Below, piece by piece: positions 10,475 to 20,813 of a DNA stretch of 64,000 bases. The position numbers and the translations under genes were made by a program. The stretch comes from a virus. The stretch lies in the IMG/VR virus record IMGVR_UViG_3300045988_105383. One strand, written 5' to 3'. Each line of letters opens with the position of its first letter. Position 1 is the first letter of the stretch. Under the pieces are notes generated by a model. It did no database searches. It saw nothing but the letters and a program-made list of their open reading frames with translations, and had not been told where the DNA came from.

Positions 10475-11377
10475 TTACTGCGCATCGCGTTCATTCATCT
10501 GCTCGATGATTGCCACGAAATCGCCGCGCGGGTTCTCTTCGCTCTTACTCATCTCGTTGAGCTTCACCACGCGCTCCCGCGTCACATACGGGCTATTCTC
10601 TCCAAACGCCTCAGCGTACCGGGCCGCGACCATCTTCTTGTGCCCCGCGCAGAGCCTCGGATAGATATCCAGCATCTCGTCCCCGATCTCTACCATCTTG
10701 GCGAACGCCTTTTTATCCAGCAGCTCACCCTCGCAGTAGTCGCATCCCAGCGCCTCGCGTTCCTCCTCGTTGAGGCCGCTCACCACGATCAGCCAGCGCT
10801 TTTTCAAAAACACGCGCGTCAGATCGGTCAGCACGCGCGAAAGGTCGTTCTTCGGCACATAGAAGCTGCCTGTCTTCCCCACGATTTGGCCGTACATTCC
10901 GTGCTCCCCGAAGAGGACGACATTGTCATCTGCAACCTCCGCCTGCCACAGGAAATGGACCTTCTCGCTGTCTCCCATGACCTGAACGACCTGCGGGGCA
11001 GTCGGCTGCATCCCGGCCATGGCCTTCGCCACCGCCGCCGCGACCGCATCCGCGACCATCTTCTGCACATCATCTTCGGTGTAGGTCTTCTTTTCCGGCT
11101 GCTTCTCGGCGCTCTGCGCCTCCTGCTCCGGGATGACGGCTTCGGGAGGAACCGTTACAGTCTCGCCCTTGAGCGTTGGTTCCACGTCCACCAGCGGTGT
11201 ATCGCTGCCATCGTAGCCGACTACCGTCACATCCTCGGCGGGGACATGATATTCCGCCGGCACAGCAGAGGAGGAAGTCACAGGCTCCTCAAACTCACCG
11301 AGCTCTCCGAACTCCTGCGATTTTTTCTTTTCCGGCTGCTTCTCTCCGGAATTGCTGCTGTTTGCTTTTCTGGGCAT
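10475..11377 (-). CDS. Hypothetical acidic head-module protein
   Basis: 300-aa ORF directly downstream of capsid candidate; E/P/V-rich N-terminal half. Confidence 0.45.
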   Translation of the reverse strand: MPRKANSSNSGEKQPEKKKSQEFGELGEFEEPVTSSSAVPAEYHVPAEDVTVVGYDGSDTPLVDVEPTLKGETVTVPPEAVIPEQEAQSAEKQPEKKTYTEDDVQKMVADAVAAAVAKAMAGMQPTAPQVVQVMGDSEKVHFLWQAEVADDNVVLFGEHGMYGQIVGKTGSFYVPKNDLSRVLTDLTRVFLKKRWLIVVSGLNEEEREALGCDYCEGELLDKKAFAKMVEIGDEMLDIYPRLCAGHKKMVAARYAEAFGENSPYVTRERVVKLNEMSKSEENPRGDFVAIIEQMNERDAQ

Positions 11378-11556
11378 GTTTATGCTCTCCTTTCGGTTTC
11401 AGATGCCTTACTCCTTCTTGTATATGCCCCTGCCGGACTTGCACCGGCATTTCGCGCTTGCGGGGCCGTTTATGTTGTGGGGAGGGCCGGAGGAAAACCC
11501 TCCCCACGGAGCACGCCTATAACATCTGCGTGAATCTCACGCAGCGTGTCCCATCC

Positions 11557-12792
11557 TTAGACCGTGATATGTGCGATCTTGCTGGAGAAGGTCGCAACAG
11601 AATCCAGTGCAATGGTCATGTTGATTGCCAGCTCAAAGTCAGCAGACTGGAGCGGATCGATCTCGATGGTGATCGGAGTCTCGGCCGTGTACGCAATGGT
11701 CATCGGCTTCCGGCCGGTGGAAGACATCATCCAGATGTCGTTGGCGCTCAGGATGGTCGCCGGAGCAGTGTTCTGCGTACCGGGGATGATCGCATCACGC
11801 AGAGGCAGCAGAGGTACGCTCATGAACTCACCGAGATAGCCAGCGCGGTTGTAGCGGTCGCCAAGCAGCGTCGCCAGCGCAGCATCCATGTTGACGTTGG
11901 TGGAACCGGTTGCCTGCGTCGGCAGGACCTTCGACAGCGCAACCATGCTGCCGGTCGCAAACAGGCCGCCGATCCCGGTGTTGTTGAGCGCGGCCAGCTT
12001 GTTCGCTGCCAGCATCCAGTTCTGACTGTTGAAAACATAGGTCAGGTTGGTGGGGATCAGATTGGTATCTGCGGTTGCGGCAGTCAGTGCGGCATTCCAC
12101 ATACCCATGGTCTTGGCGTACATGCCTGCCACAATATTGGCAAAGAAAACGCCGAAGTCCTGGTTGTTGCCGACCAGCTGATGCCACTTTGCGTTGATCT
12201 GTGCAGTCTTCGGCTGCGGGTTCAGCGTGTAGTCGCGGGAATAGAACCGGTTACGCGGCACGCTGCGGCTCGCACCCCAGGAGGAATCCTGGAAAATGGG
12301 GATGTCGTTAGATCCGATGGAAATGGCCTCAGTCGTACCGAAGCCAACCTCTACGGTATCCGCAAACATATCGACCGCCTCAGAGTAGACCGCCGGGATG
12401 ATCGGAGTTACGATTTCCTGATAGATGCCCTGCAGGACAGCGTAGAACTGCTTGTTGTTGTAGAAGTTCCGGCCCTGGCGGCGGAACTCATCGAAGTTTT
12501 CCGGAGTCATGGAGCCGTTCTGGGCGCAGCAGACCTTGGCTGCAAACAGCAGGTGCTCCGCCTGGAACTGCTCATTGAGCTGCTTATAGGCGTTGGCGTT
12601 CATCAGGCTTGCTACACGCTCGGTGCTGCCTCTTGCCGCATTCAGCGCGTTCTTGCCTCTGGCCGCATGTTCAAAGAAAAGCATCCGGCCCTTTGCAACA
12701 ACATCTGCGCGCTGTTTTGCAAGTCCGCTGCCGCTCTCCGCATTCACCTGAAACACAGACGGAGAAACGCTGTTCAAAGAAAGTCTCGACAT
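11557..12792 (-). CDS. Major capsid protein candidate
   Basis: 411 aa, follows scaffold-like gene and a small head protein; size and position only. Confidence 0.55.
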   Translation of the reverse strand: MSRLSLNSVSPSVFQVNAESGSGLAKQRADVVAKGRMLFFEHAARGKNALNAARGSTERVASLMNANAYKQLNEQFQAEHLLFAAKVCCAQNGSMTPENFDEFRRQGRNFYNNKQFYAVLQGIYQEIVTPIIPAVYSEAVDMFADTVEVGFGTTEAISIGSNDIPIFQDSSWGASRSVPRNRFYSRDYTLNPQPKTAQINAKWHQLVGNNQDFGVFFANIVAGMYAKTMGMWNAALTAATADTNLIPTNLTYVFNSQNWMLAANKLAALNNTGIGGLFATGSMVALSKVLPTQATGSTNVNMDAALATLLGDRYNRAGYLGEFMSVPLLPLRDAIIPGTQNTAPATILSANDIWMMSSTGRKPMTIAYTAETPITIEIDPLQSADFELAINMTIALDSVATFSSKIAHITV

Positions 12793-12812
12793 TTCAATTC
12801 ACTCCTTCCTGA

Positions 12813-13412
12813 TTAGCCCGCCGAAGCGACAGCCGAAACGACCGTCTTGGCAAACACATCAACATACTCGAAGCTGTTGACCGTGCCTTCGGTGAAGTTG
12901 CCGGTGCCCTTCAGTTCAAAATATATTGCGCCATTGCCGGTCGGGGCGGCAGCCGCAGGAACCAGCTTGCCGCCTGCGATCGTGAAGAACTTGTTGCTGC
13001 CAAGCGCTGCCGACAGGTTGCCAATACCAAAACGGTAAGTCATTTCACCATTGAAAACGATCTTGGTGAACGTGCCATCCCGGCCCGCCGGGATACCAAG
13101 GCCAAGCGTCTCCGTGCCGACGTAGTAAGCGTTGCCGTGCCGGCCAGAGAGCATCGGAGTCTCATAGGTGTTTGCCGCGTAGATTCCAGTTGCCGCATTG
13201 GCTGCCGCACCGGCTGCGGTCATGTAGAACGCATTCTCGTTCTTCACATTCGTAAACCCCTCGCAAGGGAGGTTGTCTCCGCGCACGCAGAGGATACCTG
13301 CCGAGCAGTCCGCATCCGCACTGCTTTCCTGATATCTGCCGGTGATGTTGCACAGATCATCGTTTCTGTTGTTCGTGATGCGCGGCTCAAACGCAGTTTT
13401 TTCGATAAACAT
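12813..13412 (-). CDS. Hypothetical head protein (decoration-type position)
   Basis: 199-aa ORF between scaffold-like and capsid candidates. Confidence 0.4.
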   Translation of the reverse strand: MFIEKTAFEPRITNNRNDDLCNITGRYQESSADADCSAGILCVRGDNLPCEGFTNVKNENAFYMTAAGAAANAATGIYAANTYETPMLSGRHGNAYYVGTETLGLGIPAGRDGTFTKIVFNGEMTYRFGIGNLSAALGSNKFFTIAGGKLVPAAAAPTGNGAIYFELKGTGNFTEGTVNSFEYVDVFAKTVVSAVASAG

Positions 13413-13432
13413 CTTGTTTCACTCTCCTTTTC

Positions 13433-14836
13433 TTACTGAGCGTCAATGCCCCAGCTCGCAAGCAGATCGGTCACAGAACCGCCGTCATGCTTTTCGTTCG
13501 TCTGGAACTTATCCCAAGCGAAGACTCTCTGGTTCTTCTTTGCTGCTGCAGCGTCCATTTCCTCAACGGCCTTGCCGCAGACTGCGTAAACCGCATCAGA
13601 AACCTGCTTCTCGCCGATCCAGTTGCCGTCCTTGTCCATGCTGTTGGTGTAAAGTCCGCTCTCGATATCGCTGAGGATCGCGGAAATAGCCGACTCAGCC
13701 ACTTTCTCCGTGCGGCTCGCATTGAACCGGGTCAGGATTTCCGAAGCCTTTGCCTTCGCAGCGTTCAGCCGGCGCTTACTTTCAAACTCCTGCATTGCGT
13801 TGAGCTGATTGTTTGCCTGTTCAAGCTGCGTTTTCAGCGTGGAAGCCTCCGCTTCCGCGGCATTCAGGCGCGTTCTCAGCTCTCCGTCTGCACGGTCGAT
13901 GAAATCCTGCGCATCAACTTCACAGATTTCTTCTTCCGAGAACTGCATCGCTGCGTTGACAGTCACACTCTTGATTCGCTCCGGAGCGATGGTCTCGGCT
14001 TCGTTTTCCATCACGTAGGACTTGAATCCGCCATCCTTCGCCATCAAACAAACAAGGATTTTCCCTTCCTTGTTCTTTACGGCGGAGAGGACTGTATAAC
14101 CCTCAAAGCGAGCGCTCAGAGTTTCGAGCTGTCTCTTGTTGAAGATGTTCAAATTTCTCACTCCTTTTCGAGTTTTCTTCCCAATTTCGGGTGCGTTGCT
14201 GTCCGGGGCCTTCTGCAAAGATGCCGCTCTGAGCTTCAATGCCTTAAACTCATCGTTCATCGCGGCAAGTCGAGCGATGTTGGCCCCCGGAATTGCCGGA
14301 GCAACGCCCGATCCAAGAATCGTCACGCCAAGTCCCTGCCAGGAATCAAAAATCGTGATTTCTCCGTCCTGGTATTCCTCGTCTACCAAAGTCTCCACGG
14401 ATACGTCCATGCGCCCTGTTCGCACGATCTCATCCACGGTTTCTTTGGCATAGAAGGCGAAGAGCTTTCCTCGCGCAACAATCCATGTATGGCCATCCCT
14501 CTCCCGGAGGGAAAAGTCATTTTTGTCATCTGACAGCGTGCCGACAATGCGTTCCGCCGTCCCGTCTGTGTAGGACTGGTATTCTTCTCCGGTCCTCATA
14601 TCGATCTTTGTTCTGGAGTTGTGTCCATCTCCGACCTTACCGGCCACATATGCAATGAGGATTGGCCGGCCAACAAACGTCAGGTAGTACTTTTCGAGAT
14701 TTCTGTAATCCCATTTGTTCTGATTCGCTCCGTCGCGCATCAACCACAGCTCCACGCCGAATTCATAAGGATTCAGCTTTTGGAGCACTCGGAGCTGCCC
14801 TGTTCCGACGCTCCTCGTCCTTCCCTTCACCGGCAT
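13433..14836 (-). CDS. Scaffolding / prohead-maturation protein candidate
   Basis: Start moved to ATG 14836 (GAGGAGG RBS); C-terminal coiled coil ...EAEASTLKTQLEQANNQLNAMQEFESKRRLNAAKAKA; position after portal. Confidence 0.5.
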   Translation of the reverse strand: MPVKGRTRSVGTGQLRVLQKLNPYEFGVELWLMRDGANQNKWDYRNLEKYYLTFVGRPILIAYVAGKVGDGHNSRTKIDMRTGEEYQSYTDGTAERIVGTLSDDKNDFSLRERDGHTWIVARGKLFAFYAKETVDEIVRTGRMDVSVETLVDEEYQDGEITIFDSWQGLGVTILGSGVAPAIPGANIARLAAMNDEFKALKLRAASLQKAPDSNAPEIGKKTRKGVRNLNIFNKRQLETLSARFEGYTVLSAVKNKEGKILVCLMAKDGGFKSYVMENEAETIAPERIKSVTVNAAMQFSEEEICEVDAQDFIDRADGELRTRLNAAEAEASTLKTQLEQANNQLNAMQEFESKRRLNAAKAKASEILTRFNASRTEKVAESAISAILSDIESGLYTNSMDKDGNWIGEKQVSDAVYAVCGKAVEEMDAAAAKKNQRVFAWDKFQTNEKHDGGSVTDLLASWGIDAQ

Positions 14837-14837
14837 C

Positions 14838-15371
14838 TCAGTCACCGTCCTCCTCAAAGAGTTCTTCGATCCAGCCCTCAAAGCTCGTCGCGCTCATCTC
14901 GTGCTCCGAACTCATCTGCCATGCGTAGAGGAATTTTTCGTAGCTCTCGCTATTCTCCATTTGCAGAGTTTCAAACTGCCGTCCCAATGGGAAAAGGCCG
15001 TTCTCGTCACATACCCGGACGCAGATGCGGAGTTTGTCTTCGATTCTCTGAAGCAAATCGATGATTGCCTCAAATACGCCGTCCAGATCATCAGGCCGTT
15101 CTTCGTATTCCGCCGTCTCCGGATAAATCTGCAGGATGTGCCGCTGATGCAGGATATCCCCAACGGCATCGAACCGTTTCGGCTGTTCATGCGCGAGTCT
15201 GTGGATCACCTCCGCCGTCTTCGGCATTCCAAATTCGATCAGGACGCGCTCCTTCAGCGTATCGAGCCCACGCGCCGCATCCTGATAAGCTCCAGTCGCG
15301 TCCCTTGCCGCATCGCGTACCGCAGCCAGTGCGCCGTTTTCAAAGTTCATTCGATCTCTCAGCCGTGCCAT
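14838..15371 (-). CDS. Hypothetical head-module protein
   Basis: ORF track 14838..15389; ATG 15371 has AAGGAG RBS. Confidence 0.45.
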   Translation of the reverse strand: MARLRDRMNFENGALAAVRDAARDATGAYQDAARGLDTLKERVLIEFGMPKTAEVIHRLAHEQPKRFDAVGDILHQRHILQIYPETAEYEERPDDLDGVFEAIIDLLQRIEDKLRICVRVCDENGLFPLGRQFETLQMENSESYEKFLYAWQMSSEHEMSATSFEGWIEELFEEDGD

Positions 15372-15542
15372 GGCCGCATCTCCTTTCAAAACAAAAAAGA
15401 GCCAACCGGCTACAAAATCGTAGTCAGTTGGCTCTCGTCAGCCCTTTTGCAGCGCCCTTTCGCCGCAAGTTTCTCTATCAGTTCCCGCCGCATCTACTTC
15501 AATACCCCGCGCATCAAGCGCAGGCCTTCGGCTTGGTAGGAG

Positions 15543-15695
15543 TCATTTTTCAAGAACCGCGCTCTTTTTCAGCACCCGAACCGTGTCCTCCACAATTCGG
15601 TATCCGTCCCGCGTCCGCTGGATTCGCACGTCCTTTTCCTCGTTGAGTGCCTTATTGATGACCCGCAGATCATCTGCCTTTACAAACTCTGTCAT
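15543..15695 (-). CDS. Small hypothetical protein (50 aa)
   Basis: Own translation MTEFVKADDLRVINKALNEEKDVRIQRTRDGYRIVEDTVRVLKKSAVLEK; fills gap after portal gene; below the 60-aa track cutoff. Confidence 0.35.
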   Translation of the reverse strand: MTEFVKADDLRVINKALNEEKDVRIQRTRDGYRIVEDTVRVLKKSAVLEK

Positions 15696-15712
15696 TTCAA
15701 ATTCTCCATCCG

Positions 15713-17464
15713 TCAGACCGGGTTCGTGGCCCCGTAGGTGTCGACCATAGCCTCTGTGCCATCCGTCGTAACGCTGCCGTCTCCTTTTGGGCGTCCAGTC
15801 TCCTGGGGTGGAAGACCCGAGGACTCCTGCTTCATATTGTAACTCGTCACCAGAGGTATGCGCCTATCCAAAATTCCGCTCTTGTAAACCACTTCCGAAA
15901 GCGAAATGTCATCCAGGATAGAGCGATCGAGCAGCGCGTTGTAAAGAATCGTGTCAGGCAAAATGCCGTGCTCCATGCCCTTCATGCACCGGTCGAGCAT
16001 CTTTTCATCCTCAGCGATGTCTCCAAACATCACGAATCTCCATTCATATTTGAGATTCAGCCTTTTCAGGATGGCGTTCATCATCCGCTCGAAATCCCGA
16101 TATACCGTCTGCATAAACTTGCTTTCGATTTGCAAAGAAATCTGTGCGGTTGCTGCCTTTGCGTCGGAGTCAATAGGCATGATTGCGCCGAGGCCAGCCT
16201 GATTGATTGTATCGCTGTATCCCTGCTTCACGATATCCATTGCACTCGGTGCCTCAGACAGGCTTTCGAGTTTCATATTCACCAGCGGAGCCATATAAAG
16301 ACCAATACCGGATGTGTTGTTATCTCGCAGCATGTCATACCACATTGCCTGAAACAGCAGGATACCCGCGTTACTCAGTTTGTATTGGTCATCTGGGGAT
16401 GCATTTGCATCGTCCCGGTACGGTATTTCGCCGTGAAGCAGGCTGACGAGCGGATTCTGAATCAGTTCCAGCTGAATCTGCTCCATCTGTGCCAGCTGGA
16501 TCATGCTCAAAAACACACCGGAAAACGGAGAGATCACTGCACGGCCCACATCATCAGCCTCAAACGGAAATACTTCTTCCGGCGGAAGGTAGACCCAGTA
16601 ATACCAGCGTCCATTCTGATAGTAAACGTCCGGCGTTCCCGCCATCGGTCCGCTCGACTGGATCATGCTGAACCGTTCCATATCGACCAGCCGTCTTGCA
16701 AACACCACCGACGAGCCGGTTCCCTTTGGCTTTCCAACTACCTGTGCGAAGTCGTATAGATATGGCCGGAAGAGGTCTCCAAACTGTTCCGGGACACATC
16801 CAGGCTGCAGGAAGTACATCATGTTGAACGCAACGGTGTACTTCGATACATTGTTGAATCCCGTGATTTTCACCCAATCGCTCGGAAGCTGCTGCGCAAA
16901 TGCGTAATTGACCTTATTGTGGCTCTTGTCCACACTATATCGAGGGTAGTAGAATACTTTACCCTCCGCGCCAGTCTGGCCGACAATCTGGTGCGCCAGC
17001 TCCTTTGGGCGAAACTCTGTCCGCAGTTTTTCCGCCAGCGTCCATTCTCGCATGAAATCGTCTTTCCCAGCGTCCTCTTTGGACACGAGGTTTGGCGTGA
17101 TGTAACTGTGGTAGGTCAGCATATTTTGGTAGCTTTTCCGAATATGAAAAAACGGATATGCTGTGTATTCCAGAATATGTGCCACCTGCCGGAGCTGCAT
17201 TTCGCTCTCATACGGTTTGGTGAGCATCTGCGCCACGTCATCCTTGGAGTAATCCTCCGGCAGAGATGATATCTTCTTTACACGCCGATTTTGAATGTAG
17301 GGATTCGCCAGTCCATAGCGTCCGCTGTTGATCCCCGCAAACGCCGAGACAAGGCTCGACAGCGGCATTCCGCTATTTTCCTGAGCCAGCGTTCTGAACC
17401 GTTTGAAAATTTCCGGAAAAGACTCATACTGCGCCTTCCGCAACTCCTCCATCGGTATCGCCAT
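15713..17464 (-). CDS. Portal protein candidate
   Basis: 583 aa immediately downstream of terminase large subunit candidate. Confidence 0.6.
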   Translation of the reverse strand: MAIPMEELRKAQYESFPEIFKRFRTLAQENSGMPLSSLVSAFAGINSGRYGLANPYIQNRRVKKISSLPEDYSKDDVAQMLTKPYESEMQLRQVAHILEYTAYPFFHIRKSYQNMLTYHSYITPNLVSKEDAGKDDFMREWTLAEKLRTEFRPKELAHQIVGQTGAEGKVFYYPRYSVDKSHNKVNYAFAQQLPSDWVKITGFNNVSKYTVAFNMMYFLQPGCVPEQFGDLFRPYLYDFAQVVGKPKGTGSSVVFARRLVDMERFSMIQSSGPMAGTPDVYYQNGRWYYWVYLPPEEVFPFEADDVGRAVISPFSGVFLSMIQLAQMEQIQLELIQNPLVSLLHGEIPYRDDANASPDDQYKLSNAGILLFQAMWYDMLRDNNTSGIGLYMAPLVNMKLESLSEAPSAMDIVKQGYSDTINQAGLGAIMPIDSDAKAATAQISLQIESKFMQTVYRDFERMMNAILKRLNLKYEWRFVMFGDIAEDEKMLDRCMKGMEHGILPDTILYNALLDRSILDDISLSEVVYKSGILDRRIPLVTSYNMKQESSGLPPQETGRPKGDGSVTTDGTEAMVDTYGATNPV

Positions 17465-17822
17465 CTGTCTTTTCCTCCTTCTCCCTCTGTTTCAGCTTTT
17501 CCCTCTCTGCATCCAGCGCTTCGGAGAGCTGATCCACCATCTGGCTGAGGCGTTCCATCGTCTTCGGTTCCTCTTTTTTCAGCCGTTCACACAGAAGTCT
17601 GGTCGCGCACTCCACGATCCAATCCTCATCTGCTTTCGTCAGCCGCCGAAGCTCCTTACCGTTGATCTCAACGCTCTTTTCCGGCGCATCTCCCGCCGTA
17701 TAGATGAGGATATACCCAGACGAAATACGGCTGAATCTCTGTTCCAGTGCAAGTCCAATGTTCTCCTGCGTCAGGTTCAGCGCATAAAGCCGATATACAA
17801 CATTTTCCTTCTGCTCTTCCAT
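17424..17822 (-). CDS. Small hypothetical protein between terminase and portal
   Basis: ATG at 17822 overlaps the TerL stop (TGATG); MEEQKENVVYRLYALNLTQENIG... Confidence 0.45.
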   Translation of the reverse strand: MEEQKENVVYRLYALNLTQENIGLALEQRFSRISSGYILIYTAGDAPEKSVEINGKELRRLTKADEDWIVECATRLLCERLKKEEPKTMERLSQMVDQLSEALDAEREKLKQREKEEKTDGDTDGGVAEGAV

Positions 17823-19672
17823 CAGTATAAGCGCCCTCCCCGGCGGCCTACCGCAATTCTTCCACCAGCGCCTTTTCCAGCGCTGGCCGTCAATGGCTTT
17901 CCTCTGTATTTCGCCAGTATCGAGTCCCAATCACTCTTTTTTCTGGCCGATTCTATCGCAAGCTGTTTTTCAAGTTTCTGGGCCAGCCGCAGGCCATACT
18001 TGATGGCCGACCAGCTATCTCGCTGTATCGCTCTCGATATGCGCTTTTCACTGAATCCAGCTCCACTCGGCACGGCTTTCAGGTTCTGAATCTGTGCGGA
18101 AAGCTCTCTGGTCTTTTGATAGGGCCGCGCAATGCGGTAGTCCATATCATCCTCTTTGATCTTATGCAGCCGCTTGTATGCCTCCACGCCATCGCGGGTA
18201 TTCATCGTCAGCAGCTGAACGTTGTGGTTATCAAATTGTATCTGCGCGTAGCGGATCATTTCTGCATCCGGGTCTGTGACACCCGTTCCGCCGGCCTTAA
18301 TTGGGTATATGATTGGAAGAGCGCCGTCCAGTTCGAGGGCCGTATATTCCGTATGGTCCATGATGCAGAGGGGCGGAAGGCCATCTCCGAGGTCCTTCAT
18401 AAGGTCCTCAATGACTGCCTTGCCATACTGCCAACCATCAATTGCAATGTAAGTCGTATTTCCACCATCAAAGCAAAACCGATACCAAACATCCTTGAGC
18501 ATCCGCGCTTGTTTCATCGCATTGTCGGGCGGAGGCCAATCATCCAGCCAAACAAGCTGTTTGAGATATCGATCCCGCTTCAGGAAATCGCTCTGCCGCG
18601 TCAGTTTCCAAACGCCGACGGCACATTTCGCATTTCGCTTGTTTTCCTCGTAAGAAACGTCGTAGCAGACGATGTAGGTCACATCTTTTGGGTCGACTGT
18701 GCATCCCGGATATTTGCAGCAGTGCTGACGTTCCATCGCCATCAAGCAGCAGCTTTCCGAAAGAGATTCATCAGAGATGATTGGATTCTCATCCGCACCG
18801 GTGTATCGGCTCTCCATCTCGCGCATCCACCGCTCCGGTGTCAGTTTTGTTTTCAGTTTCATTGCCCAAGAGTACGGGCGCATCTGCTGAAGCACGACAC
18901 ATTCCCAGCTCATGTCGTAAGCGAAGGCGCTTTCTCCGCAATACATTTCTTTGAGCGTATCGCACCGTACCTGAAACGATGGATGTTGCTTTCTCCCGGA
19001 GCTCGTAATCGAGTGGTTTTTATATGCAACGAAGTTTTCGTCAGGCTGTCCATTTACATTGTGCCGCAAACGAACGGCCGGCAGAACGATCGTCGAATAT
19101 TCCGTAAAGTCAAATGCTGGGTTCTCTTCCTGCGCAAATTCTTCGGCAGTCACTGCATGGATGTTATCTCCGCGGAATGCCGAAATATAAAACGCACTTC
19201 CAAGATCAGTTTCGATTTTGAAGTCATCCTTACTCTCGGCCGTAATTCTCCATCCTTTGGTCAGTGCCGGATAGTCATGTGAAATCTGTTTAAACTGTTT
19301 ACTTCCGATGGCCGCCATCTGTTTGTACGATGGCCCATAATATGCACTCTGCGTCCCCGGCCAAACAAGTCCATCCAACAACTCATATTTGAACTTTGTA
19401 CTTGTCTTTGTAATTCCTCGCGTTCCCGTGAACGCAACATCTTCATATCTTGCATAGCAGCGCATCATAAGCCGCTGCATAAATTCCTCATTGGCATAGT
19501 CAGCAGACTCATCCCGGAGGAGGTCGCACCCTTTGTCCGGATACCACCGAAGAACCCAAATCAGGAAGGCCCACCATTCCGATTCAAATGACGAATAGTC
19601 CCGCTGTTCAACTTCTCGCTTACTGACCCAGCCAACCCCAGGGGCCCAAGCCTTCCCAGCACGTCTCGCCAT
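17822..19672 (-). CDS. Terminase large subunit candidate
   Basis: 616 aa, first large gene of late operon; FTGTRGITKTS Walker-A-like segment. Confidence 0.6.
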   Translation of the reverse strand: MARRAGKAWAPGVGWVSKREVEQRDYSSFESEWWAFLIWVLRWYPDKGCDLLRDESADYANEEFMQRLMMRCYARYEDVAFTGTRGITKTSTKFKYELLDGLVWPGTQSAYYGPSYKQMAAIGSKQFKQISHDYPALTKGWRITAESKDDFKIETDLGSAFYISAFRGDNIHAVTAEEFAQEENPAFDFTEYSTIVLPAVRLRHNVNGQPDENFVAYKNHSITSSGRKQHPSFQVRCDTLKEMYCGESAFAYDMSWECVVLQQMRPYSWAMKLKTKLTPERWMREMESRYTGADENPIISDESLSESCCLMAMERQHCCKYPGCTVDPKDVTYIVCYDVSYEENKRNAKCAVGVWKLTRQSDFLKRDRYLKQLVWLDDWPPPDNAMKQARMLKDVWYRFCFDGGNTTYIAIDGWQYGKAVIEDLMKDLGDGLPPLCIMDHTEYTALELDGALPIIYPIKAGGTGVTDPDAEMIRYAQIQFDNHNVQLLTMNTRDGVEAYKRLHKIKEDDMDYRIARPYQKTRELSAQIQNLKAVPSGAGFSEKRISRAIQRDSWSAIKYGLRLAQKLEKQLAIESARKKSDWDSILAKYRGKPLTASAGKGAGGRIAVGRRGGRLY

Positions 19673-19686
19673 CCAGATTCACCGCC

Positions 19687-20649
19687 TTATTTTCTGTCCT
19701 TTTGGTCCTTCAGCGGCGGCATACGAATCAAGCCAAGTTTTTCATAAGCCTCCATCTCCGCTTCGTTCGGCTCCGGTGCAAATTCTCCCAAGTTATCGTG
19801 GATTCTCATTTCATCCGGCAACGTACTCAGTTCCGGCATTCCGTCGTTCTGCCGCATCCGATTCTCATTGATGAGGATCATCTGGTCTACGGCATCCGCT
19901 GTGTATTGGTATCTCGGCTTACGGCCAAAGAAAAATTCAAACATCTCATCCGGACTGCACTGTTTTCCGTTTTTGAGCAGCCCCGCCTTTTCGAGCCGAT
20001 CTGTGATCTCATCGATTCGGATAATGTCGGCAGGCCGAACGTCCTTTTTCCGCAGATTTTCGCTGGCGAGGTTTTCCTGAATCAGACTGGACAGCTTTTT
20101 CGCCATATCAAACTTGCCGGCCGCAGACGCATCATTCATCTGCTTCATCCAGATCGTCACATTTCGCAAAATAAGCTGCTGCTTTGCGCTCAAGGCGCTT
20201 TCGCCGCCATAATCAGAAACCAAAATCGCATAGATTCTGTCAAACTCCGCAAAATCCTCGTTCGTGAACGGACGTTCTGGGCTTCCTGTTCCCCAGTCCT
20301 TACGTTGCCGTTGCGTTCCAAATCTCGCCGACCTTGCGTTTTGCTCCGCGTAGATAGCCTTTGTGAACTCACCGTCCTTCAAGCCTTCCCCGAAAATTTT
20401 CGTAATGTCCGTGAGACCATCCAGAAAACCAAGCGTTTCTCCAGCTTTATTCACATCCAGCTTTTTGAGATGCAGATTGTCGATGTAAGAGAGCCACTTA
20501 TCGCGTCCCTCGTCGCGCGGCACGCAGTCCCGCGCAAACGGAATGTTGTATTTCACACAGCAATAAAAATAGGCCAGACTCTCTGAGGTCTTCTTTGCAA
20601 GCTCATTGTAATATTCCTGCTGCTGAAGTTCATTCGTCTGGTCTTCCAT
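19687..20649 (-). CDS. Terminase small subunit candidate (by position only)
   Basis: ORF track 19687..20703; ATG 20649 has GGGAGG RBS; first gene after late promoter. Confidence 0.35.
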   Translation of the reverse strand: MEDQTNELQQQEYYNELAKKTSESLAYFYCCVKYNIPFARDCVPRDEGRDKWLSYIDNLHLKKLDVNKAGETLGFLDGLTDITKIFGEGLKDGEFTKAIYAEQNARSARFGTQRQRKDWGTGSPERPFTNEDFAEFDRIYAILVSDYGGESALSAKQQLILRNVTIWMKQMNDASAAGKFDMAKKLSSLIQENLASENLRKKDVRPADIIRIDEITDRLEKAGLLKNGKQCSPDEMFEFFFGRKPRYQYTADAVDQMILINENRMRQNDGMPELSTLPDEMRIHDNLGEFAPEPNEAEMEAYEKLGLIRMPPLKDQKDRK

Positions 20650-20669
20650 CGTTTCCTCCCTGAAAAACG

Positions 20670-20713
20670 AAAAACGCCGTTCCGGTATCTTTGATAGATA
20701 CACCGAAACGGCG
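20670..20713 (-). terminator. Intrinsic terminator inside the late-operon leader
   Basis: Long imperfect hairpin (CGCCGTT.CGGTATCT / AGATA..CCG.AACGGCG) followed by a 5-nt U run on the minus strand, about 20 nt before the RBS. Confidence 0.6.
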
Positions 20714-20739
20714 TGAAGTCACACTATTCTTTTTAACAC

Positions 20740-20767
20740 ATTATACCACACCTTTATAGAAATGCAA
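20740..20767 (-). promoter_or_regulatory. Sigma-70-type late promoter
   Basis: Minus strand TTGCAT-N16-TATAAT with TG extended -10. Confidence 0.6.
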
Positions 20768-20813
20768 GGAAAAATTCAAAATTGAAAAATCCTATTCTAT
20801 TGCGTCTTTGTTT

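Noticed and set aside
11176-12816. 546-aa plus-strand ORF
   Set aside because: It is antisense to the capsid candidate and the upstream gene. It is Arg/Leu/Cys-rich and breaks the otherwise uniform minus-strand operon.
13487-14533. 348-aa plus-strand ORF
   Set aside because: It is antisense to the scaffold-like gene, for the same reasons.
18116-19282. 388-aa plus-strand ORF
   Set aside because: It is antisense to the terminase large subunit candidate.
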